From NCBI GenBank assembly GCA_964459095.1, contig CAYWKL010000002.1, forward strand, positions 2,858 through 66,857: 64,000 nucleotides of DNA. Reading direction: 5' to 3'. Under the pieces are notes generated by a model. That model did no database searches. It was given only the letters and a program-made list of their open reading frames with translations, and was not told where the DNA came from. The stretch's first letter is position 1. Each line of letters opens with the position of its first letter. The DNA is from an uncultured Gammaproteobacteria bacterium. Its GTDB lineage: Bacteria > Patescibacteriota > Microgenomatia > Daviesbacterales > UBA10151. Position numbers and translations under genes: made by a program. Positions 53,315 through 64,000 of this stretch are shown here, one piece after another.

Positions 53315-53683
53315 TCATTCCTTGACCAACTCCGGATTCTCGTAAATGTTGCCAATTACTTTCCAATAGTTTGCAATTTCTGATAACCTACCAGATATAT
53401 GTTCTGGGTCATCGTTTACATTATTATAGCACCATCCATCTCTATACCACAAAACATAAAATAAAATCCCTGATGGGCTTTTAAAAATATCACCATCATA
53501 AACTTCTTTTTCATTCCTGTCCTTTAATCCAGTAAATTGTATAAGAATTAAATCTTTGTCTTCTTCAAAATCTCCGTTGTCATCATATATCCCAACTTTA
53601 CCATCCCATATAATATATCTATTACAACTATATTCTATTCTATTGTTTCGTTTATCCCAAGCCCTGAACTTAATTTCTCTCAT
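53315..53683 (-). CDS. YopX family protein
   Basis: MREIKFRAWD...QFTGLKDRN.KEVYDGDI...VIGNIYENPEL. Confidence 0.92.
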   Translation of the reverse strand: MREIKFRAWDKRNNRIEYSCNRYIIWDGKVGIYDDNGDFEEDKDLILIQFTGLKDRNEKEVYDGDIFKSPSGILFYVLWYRDGWCYNNVNDDPEHISGRLSEIANYWKVIGNIYENPELVKE

Positions 53684-54208
53684 CCTCTTAACCTCTCAAT
53701 CACTTTCTCCTTTATATATTCATCAACATTCCTTTTAACACCGGGATATAAATTGTCAACTTGATTTAGTAATTCTTCTATAACATCTTTACCTAAATCC
53801 GCATCATGCAGGGCATCCACCCATTGTTCAGTTGTTAGATAACCCAACAAATAAACCAAAGTTAAGTTATCAGTTTCTATGTTCATTGTTTCAGCCTCAA
53901 TACAACTAATATCTTGTTTACTTTGTTTAAATCCAAAAACCATTTCAATGACCTATACCTCCCTCTGTAAAAATCTTCCACATCTTTCAACACCTTGCCA
54001 AACTCAACTAAACTTAAATCTTTAAATGTTGTAAATCCATGCATATTATGTACTGGAAGTATACTATCCATATCAAAGAATAGTTGTCCATTATACTTGT
54101 AGTCCTCTATATGTAAGACTCCTCTGCTGTTCTCAACATCTGCATATATCTTCCAGTTCTTCTGGGATTTTGCCTTTCCACGAATCCGGTAATGACCAAT
54201 CTCTTCCA

Positions 54209-54433
54209 TTACTTAGTCAGCCTCTTTAAAGTCTCCTCCTTAATCAGCTCATTGAAAAACTTCTCCTGCGCCATCAGCACATCCTTGACTTTCTTCTTTG
54301 GCAGATGGGTCTTGTGTATAATATAAATCTCCAATACCTCCTTATTCAATCCACTACCCTTCTATAAATCAAAGGCATCCTTAATCGCCTTCAGCTGGTG
54401 GTTTAAGGTATCTATCCTTCCGTTGGTCATCAT
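54209..54433 (-). pseudogene. 74-codon ORF with an in-frame TAG
   Basis: MMTNGRIDTLNHQLKAIKDAFDL*KGSGLNKEVLEIYI...EETLKRLTK; TAG at 54362-54364; GGAGG RBS upstream. Confidence 0.6.
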
Positions 54434-54910
54434 TCCTCCATAAACATTACTATCACTATAGATATAAAATATATTACTATGAACATCCTACCCCAAATTG
54501 TTAACATAGGGTTCCACCATTCCAGCAATAAAAACGAAATTATCAAATAAACAAATCCACCTAAAATAGATATTGCAAGCCCATACCCTACTCCCATTTT
54601 GTTCAACCTCCTCTATTCATAAACTCTTACCCTCTTTCTTAACCTCAACATCAAAAACTATATTAACAACCCCCTTACCCTCTTTTATTGTTATCTTGTT
54701 TATGACTACAACACCCACACCCCAGCTGTTCTGCATTTTAAAAAAGTCTGCGAGATAATCACAGGCTCTCTCATCCAGCATAATCTCTTTTTCTTGCGTC
54801 ATGGCTAATCATCCTCGTCATACTTTTCCAAATCTTCATCCTCATCATCTGTCTTGCTGTCATCAAATTCTTCATCATCCAACTTTAACATATTACATCA
54901 CCTCCTTCTT

Positions 54911-55369
54911 TTAGTTGCTAATCCTCGGCGCTAATATTATTATCATCTCGGCTGTTTCTACATACAAAGGATAATCCTTTCTGAACTTAAATATTACCTC
55001 ATCTGATTTTGTGTTGGTGCACAACTTCAAAATTAATTTTATATATTCCTTAGATAACCTAACAGAATTCTCATCAAACTTGCTTGTTGTGCCTTCCAAC
55101 CTTGCAAATACTTTAATCTTATCTTGGTTACCTTCTATAAAATGTATACCATAACTTAAATTTGGAATTTTATTAACTGGGTTAAAATTAAAGTTCTGCT
55201 CTATCATATCCCTAATCCCCCTAAGTTTAGGGATAACCATCATAACATTAGCAGGGTCATTATAACCAACATATTCTTCTTTCGGAATAACCTCCTCGTT
55301 AATTATCTTAGGCATAAATATATTCTGAAAATCCCTTATCAACTCAAACCTGTCTTTCTTTGTTGTCAT
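54911..55369 (-). CDS. Short PCNA/sliding-clamp-like protein
   Basis: DPANVMMV and S.EYI..IL.....SDEV......DYPL........ILAPRI motifs of archaeal PCNA in only 152 aa. Confidence 0.6.
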   Translation of the reverse strand: MTTKKDRFELIRDFQNIFMPKIINEEVIPKEEYVGYNDPANVMMVIPKLRGIRDMIEQNFNFNPVNKIPNLSYGIHFIEGNQDKIKVFARLEGTTSKFDENSVRLSKEYIKLILKLCTNTKSDEVIFKFRKDYPLYVETAEMIIILAPRISN

Positions 55370-56359
55370 CCTTTCAGCCTCGTTATAACAAGCTGCTTAA
55401 ATATCTCGTGCTTTAACTTTTCCCTTGATGTAATGTTCAACTCAACCAGTTCGCATTTCTGCGGGTTTAAAATCATCTCCAGTATAAACCTTAAATCATC
55501 TTCTGATTTCGGGATGTACAAAGGAATACTCTTCCTGTTAAAACTTAGGTTGCCCCATCCATCCTTAGTCTCTTTCTTCATCATAAATAAAATAATATTA
55601 TCCTCATCCTTGTGAAACCTAAACATATTTCCTTTTGTAGAGTTTCCTATATATATAAAATTTTTATACTTCCCATACCCTAATCTATAAAATAATTTGT
55701 ATTTCTTGTTGTTATCATAAAAATATCCTAATGTTGACTTAGCCATCAGCTCAGCCTCTGTATCACCCTGTCTTTAGTCTTGCTTCTCAACCTGTTCAAC
55801 ACCTTGTTAATCAATGAAAGCCTTAACTTATGCATACTTCTTCTGCCTACCAATAAGCCCTCTCCACATCTTAGACAATAGGTTAAGAAACTTGAACCTC
55901 CCCTCTGCTCCTCTATCTTGTATGTTTTGGCAGGCACTTCTTTGCCGCATTTGCACTTAAAACCCTTAGGACTCTTCACACATCTATACATATCTGTCAT
56001 TACAATCCTCCACTAATAATCTCCTGGTATACTTTCCAGCAATTATCACACACACTTCCTAAATCAGGAATGGTTCCAGCTATGCTTGTCGGCTCCATAT
56101 GCTTCCTGCACTTTGCGCAGGTTCTATCAAATTCCATATTCTTAATCACCTCTTCAGCCTTTCCAATACCAACTTCTTAGGAAACTTGCTCTTTAACATA
56201 CTTAGGAATACCTCCAATTCATCTATCTCTTCCTTTATCCTGAAATATCCGCAGGGGATGCAGTAATTACTGCCACCAAAATTAACTCTCAAAGAACCTT
56301 CACTAAAAAGCAATTGCTTGCATTCATGGCAATTGTGTGTGCGCTTCACTTTCTCAAGA

Positions 56360-56836
56360 TTAGCCATTCTTCCTCTTCATTCCCTTAATCTTATCTTTCA
56401 GCCAATCAAATATAGAATATTTATACAACCAGATTTCTCTCGGAACTTTAGTGCAGTTAGCAATTATCTTCTGGACTTCCTCAACTGCATACTTGCTGTA
56501 GGATTCCTTGTTGGTAAACCTTGCGACGATAAACCCTTTCTTGACAGCATACCTCCACTTGATATAACCCTTAGCTGCCCTCTCTTCTAATTTATGAATT
56601 TCTCCATCAACCTCTATAAGTATCGGATAAGCTAAAATTTTAATATCAAATTCGTAGTCTCCAACCCTGAACTGCGGAATCACTGCTATGCCTGCTTTAA
56701 TCAAGTTATTTCCAAAAGCATTCTCAGAGGGAGTAACAGTATTCTCCCGGTTAACCAGCTCACCGGATTTTGCCAGCTGCCTCTTGATGTCGTCATAAGA
56801 CATCTTCTTCTTCAGCAATTCGGTTACTTCTTCCAT
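56360..56836 (-). CDS. DUF559/Vsr-like endonuclease domain protein
   Basis: TPSE, Q..VGDYEFD......LIEVDG.IH, GF.V.RFTN. Confidence 0.85.
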   Translation of the reverse strand: MEEVTELLKKKMSYDDIKRQLAKSGELVNRENTVTPSENAFGNNLIKAGIAVIPQFRVGDYEFDIKILAYPILIEVDGEIHKLEERAAKGYIKWRYAVKKGFIVARFTNKESYSKYAVEEVQKIIANCTKVPREIWLYKYSIFDWLKDKIKGMKRKNG

Positions 56837-57282
56837 TATGAACCTTTCTTTAAAATTACATCTTTCATCTTGTCAAGATTATTAATAACATCTTCTGCAA
56901 CAGCAATCATTCCTTCAAACTTATCAGCATATTCCTGATTTACAGGTTCTGTTGTCTCTAATTTGTTAACCTTTTGCCTTAGTGCATCCTGCAAAATATT
57001 AATCTCGTCAATAACACTATCCGAAGGAATCCATTTCTTCCCCTTGAATTCAGTATAATCTTCTGACAACCAAGTTTGCCTATCATCATCATAAGTTTGG
57101 CAATTATCAAATAACCTAATTAGTTCATCACTAATTTCCTCACTTGTTCTCATCATATCACCACCTCAAATTAAAGTGAAAGGCAATCTTGCAAGGCACA
57201 TCCAAAGATAATTAGGTGGGTTTGTTTAATGATTGGCCCATTATCTCGCTTCAACCTTTTGCATTGTCTTCCACAATAAACA

Positions 57283-57310
57283 GTAATACCTAAACTTGTA
57301 TAAATACTTT
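57283..57310 (-). promoter_or_regulatory. TATA promoter with GTAWTAC operator
   Basis: Same 15-mer as at 50410; minus strand reads aaagtaTTTATAca. Confidence 0.6.
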
Positions 57311-57824
57311 GTTAATAAGGAACTTGCGAGGCTGGGCAGAATTCTCATATAAAACGTTGGGGAACGGTTATGAAAAATCAGAATCCCAATCCTGTCGCAT
57401 CCTTATTCCTCTTCTTCCTCCCAGTCATAATCTTCAGGAAACTCTCCAGGTTCCATAGTAAATCCTTCTACTGCATTCTCCCATGCTTCGTCTGGATTAT
57501 GACCATATCCGCTAAGCTCCAGCTTGAATATGTACCTTCCATACTCCTGACCTTTCAACCGTCTTATAACCTTTGCTTTGTCTGATTCAATCATATTTAA
57601 AATTTCCTAGTTCTTCTAATTGTTCAATATGTTCAAAAACAATATGATTTATCAACCTTACACAAACTTGGCATAAATCTGGCTGTTTGTTAAACCCACC
57701 ATTATTAAATAAATCATCTGTCTCTTTTGCCCACAAATATCCAGGGTATTCCTCAAAGTTATGAAACTCCATAATCTCTTTTTTATTTCTTCTGCATACA
57801 TAACATCTTCTTTCTTCCATCTTC

Positions 57825-58709
57825 TTACTCATTCATCTTCACTTTCATTCCAAACGGCACCCAATTAGGGTTTCCAATATCCTTTCTGATATATTCAATA
57901 AATTCATCTTCTGATAAATCTTGTTTGCTAGAATTATGAGATAAACAAGCAGGGACTATATTCTTAACGACAGTCTTTCCATTCTTATTAACAGATATCA
58001 AGTGGTCCATAGTTAACTCTTGAGTTTTTATAAATCCTTCTTCATGTCGTTTATATAACTTACATCCACAATAATAACATCTACCCTCATACTTATTCAA
58101 AATAGTTTTCCATTCCTCTTCATCAAAGTTAAGCTTAACCTCTTTAGCCCTTCGTTTAGCCTCATATAACACTAATTTAAATTTATTTTTTTGTTTCCAC
58201 CTTCTATTTATCTCCGAGTGTTTATCTTTATTATTTCTCTTCCACTCTCTCAATCGTTTAAGTTCCTTATCTCTATGCTTATTTATCCAATTAATGTATC
58301 CAATTTTTCTCCTTATTGGATTATTCTTAAGATATTCTCTTGATTTTTGATACATCACATCCCTATTCTTAAGATAATAATTTTTGTGTAATATACTAAA
58401 TTTATATTTCCTAATATAATTCATAGCACTCGTCCTAAAATGTTTTCTCTTATTAATCTCCTTACATAACAAACTTCCACATTTGTCGTTGCTATATCTT
58501 ACTTTAAATGGATATCCGCACTCTTGACACAATTTTATTGTTGATAATTTATGTTCCCTATAATACTGCTTATACTCATCTATATTTAAATAATATAATT
58601 GCTTCCTTCTATCCAAAATAGATAACTCCCTACATAATTTACTTCCAAACATCTCAAAAGGATGTTGTTGAATAAACTGCTGACCACATCGCCTGCATTC
58701 TTTAATCAT
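57825..58709 (-). CDS. HNH homing endonuclease
   Basis: CYYCG...LTMDHLI.V.K.G.....NIVPACLSHNSSK; N-terminal Zn-finger-like repeats. Confidence 0.88.
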   Translation of the reverse strand: MIKECRRCGQQFIQQHPFEMFGSKLCRELSILDRRKQLYYLNIDEYKQYYREHKLSTIKLCQECGYPFKVRYSNDKCGSLLCKEINKRKHFRTSAMNYIRKYKFSILHKNYYLKNRDVMYQKSREYLKNNPIRRKIGYINWINKHRDKELKRLREWKRNNKDKHSEINRRWKQKNKFKLVLYEAKRRAKEVKLNFDEEEWKTILNKYEGRCYYCGCKLYKRHEEGFIKTQELTMDHLISVNKNGKTVVKNIVPACLSHNSSKQDLSEDEFIEYIRKDIGNPNWVPFGMKVKMNE

Positions 58710-58828
58710 TCTTCCAATTGTAGTAACCTATTGATAATTTCATCATAAGTTTCTCTTGATGTAATTCTCATCTTCTTTAATCTTTCAAGAGTCTTATGCT
58801 CAATCTGGATTGTCGTCCTTTGTTTCAT
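58706..58828 (-). CDS. small RHH/antitoxin-like DNA-binding protein
   Basis: Hand translation MKQRTTIQIEHKTLERLKKMRITSRETYDEIINRLLQLEE; ATGA-coupled to the HNH gene. Confidence 0.75.
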   Translation of the reverse strand: MKQRTTIQIEHKTLERLKKMRITSRETYDEIINRLLQLEE

Positions 58829-58893
58829 ACATAACCTCCACATAAGAAATACATAACTTATATTTATACTTTGTGGTTAAGATGTCAATTAAA

Positions 58894-61218
58894 TTAATCA
58901 TTCATTTTAACTTTCATTCCGAAAGGAACTTTGTCTAAATCTACACCATCTTTTGTTATTACCCATAATGTGGGATACTTCATCTTATCTGGCCATGGGG
59001 TGTACCCATCAGTAAAAATAATAACTACTGAGGGATTAATTCGTCTTTTAGCAATCTCATCTATAGCAACTCGTAAATCAGTTCCGCCCATTCCCTTATA
59101 CTCTCTCCTTATTTCATCCCCTTGATTATACTGGTGATGGGAAGTCACTTGAACGTCTGTCGTTAATAAGTGTAAATTCATCTCAAACTGCTGCAGCAGC
59201 CCATTGCACTCTGACAGGAACTGCTGTTGCGCTTTGCCGCCGGTAGAGCCTGAAACATCCACGATGACAGTAACATCCCCCAGGCTCTCACCAGTAATAG
59301 AAGGCATATACATATCCTGGTGTATAAACCTGCGATTAGATGGGAGCCAACTGAAATCAGACTTTGCTGAAGTAATCACAAACTGCCTCAGCATATTCCT
59401 CCAATCCAGCTTTGGAGCCAATAATTGCTCAATGAACACATCCATCCCAGCAGGCAGTTTCCCTGCCATCTTTGCCTGTTGCCATGCCTTTGACAACTGT
59501 ATTGCCCATTCCTTCTCAAGCTCATCCAACTCCTGCTTTGAGCCTTGAATATCCTTATGAACATCAAAAGGCTTGACTTCCTGTCCGTTTACCTTAATGT
59601 TGCCTTTGGCGTCTATCTCAATCTTTATGTCTCCCTTCTCGTATCTTCTGTAGCCGTTCTTGCCTTTGCCGTTCATCTCAGGCAGCTTGTTGTAGATTTC
59701 CTCTGCGGTCATATTCTCAAACTTCTCGTTGTATAGTCCGCCTTCAGGAACAAAATTAAACTCTTTCTTGAGGATAGCGTTGATGACAAAGTCACAATTA
59801 TGAACCACAACATTATTTACCATATAATTATGATTTTCTGTAGATAAATTATAAACTATTCCACTATACGTCTCTTTTTCTATTTTGACAATAGGGGTTA
59901 CAAAATAATTTCCTAAATCTTTCCACCTATAATTGTTACTATCAATAGTTTTACCATTTAGTATTCGAGTGGTAGTCTTAAATTTCCTCCATTCTAAACA
60001 ATATAGAATTTGTTTGGGAAGTATATGTTTTAGAATCATTCTCTCATCTTTCTTCCTCACACTAAAATTGCTAAAAATATCTAAACGAGTAAGCAACATT
60101 TGTAGTTGTAGAATCAACTTCTTGCTTGCTGAACCTACAAAGGTAGTAGTCCCATCTCTGTATATATGTCCATCTCCACAAACATATCCATCAATAAACT
60201 CTTTAATTATTTCCTCATCTTTATTATACAATATAAAATCTGGAATCTTCTTGTTTTTAGCACCCCTACCAAACCAATCAGTAAACGCCCTCTCTAGCAG
60301 TACACTGGATATATTTAATTTTATAACATTCCCCCTATCCTCTCTTTGAATATGTGTGTTAAAATTATTATTAACAATCTTATAAATTTTATCTAAATAT
60401 TTCTCATCTGTTTTCCCTAATCCTAAATTAAACCCTTGATTGCCACTTGAACTGCCTTCAGCAAGATATAATCCCATCAACCAAGCAACATCTTTATTAA
60501 GTATAATCTTCTTGTTCTTAATATTATGTCCATATCTATGAGTCTCTTTAGCATATTTAATTAAATCAAATTCATTAGGTGTTTCTCTTGGTTTAAGTTT
60601 AGGCATCACTAAATAACAATTCTTATCAAGGTCTTTAGCCCCAACCCATTCAAATCTCTTCTTAAATGTTATTGGATTCCCTATTTTCCTTCCTCTTCTC
60701 AAAATCAAAAAGGGATGTTCAGGGGTAACTTTAATCTCCCCTATTCCATTCGCTTTAATTTTATATAAATCACCAGAATATTCCCGTTTCATAACATCAT
60801 TAACTTTATTGTTTCCTTCAAAACATAATATGTCTTGGTCTACCTTAACATTCTTGATTTCTTCATAATCGCCAGATACTACAGTCTCTGATGTAAAGCA
60901 TGCAAAATTCCAGCGTTCAGGCTCTCGCTCCCCCATCCTTATCCCATGTAAAAACACATTATGGAGTACTTCATGCCCCAAAACAAATATTTTATCTTTG
61001 TCACTCAAGCTCTCCGCAAATTCTTTATTATAATATACCCTTTTGTAATCTGTAGCAAATGTGGGTATACTATTATCTTCAACCATCGGCAAATGTAACG
61101 CCAAATTTCCATAAAACGGAAAATCTAAGAGAAGAGCTATTCTTGCTTTAATCAAAGAATCTTTAAGATTCATCTCACACCTCGCCAAACCTCTGAGTTG
61201 CAAACAACCAAAACTCAT
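58894..61218 (-). CDS. DUF2201 metallopeptidase-like plus vWA protein with intein (likely start 61173)
   Basis: PTFATD, HEVLH, WNFA|CD, LDWR..LRQF, VIVDVSGST (MIDAS), GGTD, IFTDG. Confidence 0.9.
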   Translation of the reverse strand: MSFGCLQLRGLARCEMNLKDSLIKARIALLLDFPFYGNLALHLPMVEDNSIPTFATDYKRVYYNKEFAESLSDKDKIFVLGHEVLHNVFLHGIRMGEREPERWNFACFTSETVVSGDYEEIKNVKVDQDILCFEGNNKVNDVMKREYSGDLYKIKANGIGEIKVTPEHPFLILRRGRKIGNPITFKKRFEWVGAKDLDKNCYLVMPKLKPRETPNEFDLIKYAKETHRYGHNIKNKKIILNKDVAWLMGLYLAEGSSSGNQGFNLGLGKTDEKYLDKIYKIVNNNFNTHIQREDRGNVIKLNISSVLLERAFTDWFGRGAKNKKIPDFILYNKDEEIIKEFIDGYVCGDGHIYRDGTTTFVGSASKKLILQLQMLLTRLDIFSNFSVRKKDERMILKHILPKQILYCLEWRKFKTTTRILNGKTIDSNNYRWKDLGNYFVTPIVKIEKETYSGIVYNLSTENHNYMVNNVVVHNCDFVINAILKKEFNFVPEGGLYNEKFENMTAEEIYNKLPEMNGKGKNGYRRYEKGDIKIEIDAKGNIKVNGQEVKPFDVHKDIQGSKQELDELEKEWAIQLSKAWQQAKMAGKLPAGMDVFIEQLLAPKLDWRNMLRQFVITSAKSDFSWLPSNRRFIHQDMYMPSITGESLGDVTVIVDVSGSTGGKAQQQFLSECNGLLQQFEMNLHLLTTDVQVTSHHQYNQGDEIRREYKGMGGTDLRVAIDEIAKRRINPSVVIIFTDGYTPWPDKMKYPTLWVITKDGVDLDKVPFGMKVKMND
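59797..60900 (-). mobile_element. Intein with LAGLIDADG endonuclease
   Basis: WNFA|CFTSET...VTPEHPF...LMGLYLAEGS...FIDGYVCGDG...VYNLST...VVHN|CDF; 368 aa. Confidence 0.92.
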
Positions 61219-63310
61219 CTGAATTCATTTTCTGATTTAGTGCCGGATTAAGTATTATCTTATGGTGTTTCCCTCTTACTCTATCCCACTCCAACAAAAC
61301 CAAATCCTTACCTACCATATCTTTTGTTACTATCATCCTTCTTTCACCTCATTCTTATACTAAATCTCCTTCTGCGATAATACTTGCAATATAATCATTA
61401 CTACCCGACATTTTGTAAACTTTAAGTATGGCTAATCTTAGTTCTTCAATCTGCTCATCATTAAAATCTTCAGACCAAAATCTATCAAGTTTCTCCTTAT
61501 CCTTTACAAATTTGCTTAATAATTTAGAAACATTAATAACATCTTCCGGATAATCAACAATTTTGGTAAAATTATATTTACTCTCATTAACGTAGTAATA
61601 ATCCTTTAGTTCTGTGTCATCTTCAACAGGTTTCTTCATGTATCTCCTAAAATCATCTTCTACTCTTATCTGTTCTTCTTGTTTTAACTCATTCCACTTC
61701 TTATAAAATTTTACCTTAACCACCTCCATCCACCTCCTCTCTCTTCACAAACCAGTCAGTATTCCTTAACTTCCCGCCGCACATAGGGCATACTATTGCA
61801 TCTATGTTGCTCCCAGTATACCCACAAAACTTGCCATCCTGGTTTCGGTTATGGCACTGATACAACTCTTTATCTTTCATTATTGTTCACCTTAATGTAA
61901 CCTCTCTCATAAATTTATTAGCACTTGCCTTTGTAAATAATTTATCAAAATCATTCTTTTCAATAAATACAACAAACACCTCGTCCCTCAACCTCCTTAT
62001 TCTGTGTATCATCTTTATTGCACTATTCTTGTTATTCACATTTGCGCATACTTCTAATGTTCTCTTTAACCTATCTTTCAGTTCTCTTTCACTTATCTTC
62101 CTATCCCCTAATATATTTAATTCATCTTTCTTCATCTTCTCTTACCTCTTTAATCCCTTCTATAGCCTGCTCGATGTCAGTCATCTTCATGACAATCCCG
62201 AACAATGCCAGCACTTGTATGGACTGCAAAATTGTCCATCCGAAAAACTGCGGACCCACAAGCATTACCACAAACCCACTGACAATAAAAATTCCATGCC
62301 TCCAATCCTTGTTCATTTTCTCTCCCTCTCCTTAAGTTTATTCCATTGACTATCACATTTACTCAATGCTTTCATCAGCAAATCTAATTCATCATTATTA
62401 AATGTAAATCCAAAATATTTCTGCTTCTTGTTCCACTCTTTCATAAACTTAGATTTTGGCAATGTTATGGTTATTCCTTTCTTGTTCAAATAAATCTTTG
62501 AGTCATCTTCATAAGTTAACCTCATAATATTACCATACTCCTTATGCACACAATAAGTTACATCTGCTTTCATCCTTTCAGCCTCCTTAATACAAATGAT
62601 TTATCTACCTGTAAAAATAAGTTATCTACCTTTTTAAAGTCAATATCCGCCAACCCGTCCTTGACTAACAATTTTAACTCTGACATAGCTCTCTCCCTTT
62701 CCCTCAAACTATACACTCCAAGATTGTTTCCTTCACCAACCCACCTTGAAGCGTACCCTCTATTCCAAAACTCATTGTTAACCATATAAAAATCAACTTG
62801 TTCACAAACAACCTGAATCACCCACATCAGCCTGTCATCTGCAAAGTTCTCCAGCCAAATCGGAAACTTCCTATTATCAACCAATAGATTGCCTACTTTG
62901 GATTTCATTGTATTAAACCCTCACAAAACTAAAACATAATAAATAACATAAACCCATCCTAAAATCCCATGAATGATAACCCACAATACAGATTTATTTA
63001 AACTCCATGATATTGTTACTGCAATAGCGCTTCCCAAACTGATTCCCGTTTCTTTCCACATCTTAACCTCATACACTTCTATTAATTCATTTAATCTCTT
63101 CTATTCTCCACTCCCTTTCTGATGTTCCAGCATAAAAATTAGTTGTGTGAAATTTTCCAAATAATTTAATAAAAATTCTATGAAGATTTGGTTTATCTGA
63201 TACAAACTGCTGAAATTCCTTTGAAAGCCATTTGTCATTGGCTAATTTAATTAACCACCCTAATTCATTACCCTTTAAGGAAACTACCTGTTTTAATTGA
63301 TTAGATGATT

Positions 63311-63640
63311 TCATTTCATCAACTCCGGATTTTCATAAATGTTGCCGATAACCTCTCTCCAATCTAAATTTGAACCAAACATAAATTGGGGTAGCTGTCT
63401 AATATCTTCAATAACAATTTCATGCATATCTTCTCCATCATGCCTTGAGCATAACACAATATCCCCTTCATAAATCTCTTTTCCATTCTTGTCTTTGATA
63501 CCTGTGAATTGCATAACTACTCCCATAGACTCAAAAAGTTCTTTCCAGGATATCCCACTATCCATTGTTTCGATGAATGATTCCCAATCAAACATCCTTT
63601 TATCTTCTCTACCAATACCTCTAAATTTAATCTCCCTCAT
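63311..63640 (-). CDS. YopX family protein (second copy)
   Basis: MREIKFRG...MQFTGIKDKNGKEIYEGDIV...VIGNIYENPEL. Confidence 0.92.
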   Translation of the reverse strand: MREIKFRGIGREDKRMFDWESFIETMDSGISWKELFESMGVVMQFTGIKDKNGKEIYEGDIVLCSRHDGEDMHEIVIEDIRQLPQFMFGSNLDWREVIGNIYENPELMK

Positions 63641-64000
63641 TTCATCAGCCTCAGCAAAACCTTATATTTATCTCTTTCTTCTTTGGATAATCTAAATGGT
63701 AACAACTTACCATACATCCAAGAGTTCCTACCTTCACTTTTATATCCCTTAAATTTTATACATACTTCACTTAAAAATTTACTTTGAGTTTGAAAATGTT
63801 TATTGTCCTTGCTTAACCAAAAATAATTTGGCATCTTTAAATCAAACCTCTTCCCTGAGCTTTATGTTCTATTTCTGTATGCTCTAAAAAGAAATTCATC
63901 TTTGCAAAGCTATGCCCATACCTACATTTAGAGCATTCATAAAACACCCACCATTGTTTGCCTGCTGCGTCTTTCAATCCAGCGTTATGCTCATAGCCCA

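Noticed and set aside
54362-54364. In-frame TAG as evidence of amber recoding
   Set aside because: TAG ends well-defined genes elsewhere (3980, 15273) and long genes have no internal TAG, so a nonsense mutation is more likely.
1-64000. tRNA or rRNA genes
   Set aside because: No cloverleaf or T-loop (GTTCRA) context recognised by eye; tRNAscan-SE in archaeal mode would be decisive.

Overview
This 64 kb, AT-rich, gene-dense window has no cellular housekeeping genes and carries archaeal signals: BRE/TATA promoters, GAGGTGA ribosome-binding sites, MCM, a PCNA-like ORF and ORB boxes. It is most likely part of a large virus or extrachromosomal element of an archaeon, plausibly a DPANN/Nanobdellati host (inference). 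Genes run leftward from 2.5 kb, rightward from 2.75 to 32.5 kb and leftward from 32.5 to 64 kb, with speD as the exception. Recognisable genes include two paralogous membrane-anchored putative structural proteins, a short Xer-like tyrosine recombinase, an intein-containing MCM, an S26 peptidase, DUF5131, SPFH, a HerA/FtsK-type ATPase, a GT4 glycosyltransferase, SAM decarboxylase, two YopX proteins, an intein-containing DUF2201/vWA protein and several homing-type endonucleases. An archaeal oriC-like region lies at 36.5-37.3 kb. The main finding is an integron-like gene-cassette system with non-canonical sites, in three arrays (3.98-4.43, 35.38-36.06 and 44.32-45.51 kb). Each single-gene cassette is bracketed by its own inverted repeat. 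Cassettes are separated by attC-like hairpins whose core is TAAT...ATTA rather than AAC...GTT, and each begins with an 11-bp arm resembling the XerD arm of dif. The putative recombinase lacks the IntI-specific insertion. All calls are by eye from the sequence; no searches were run.
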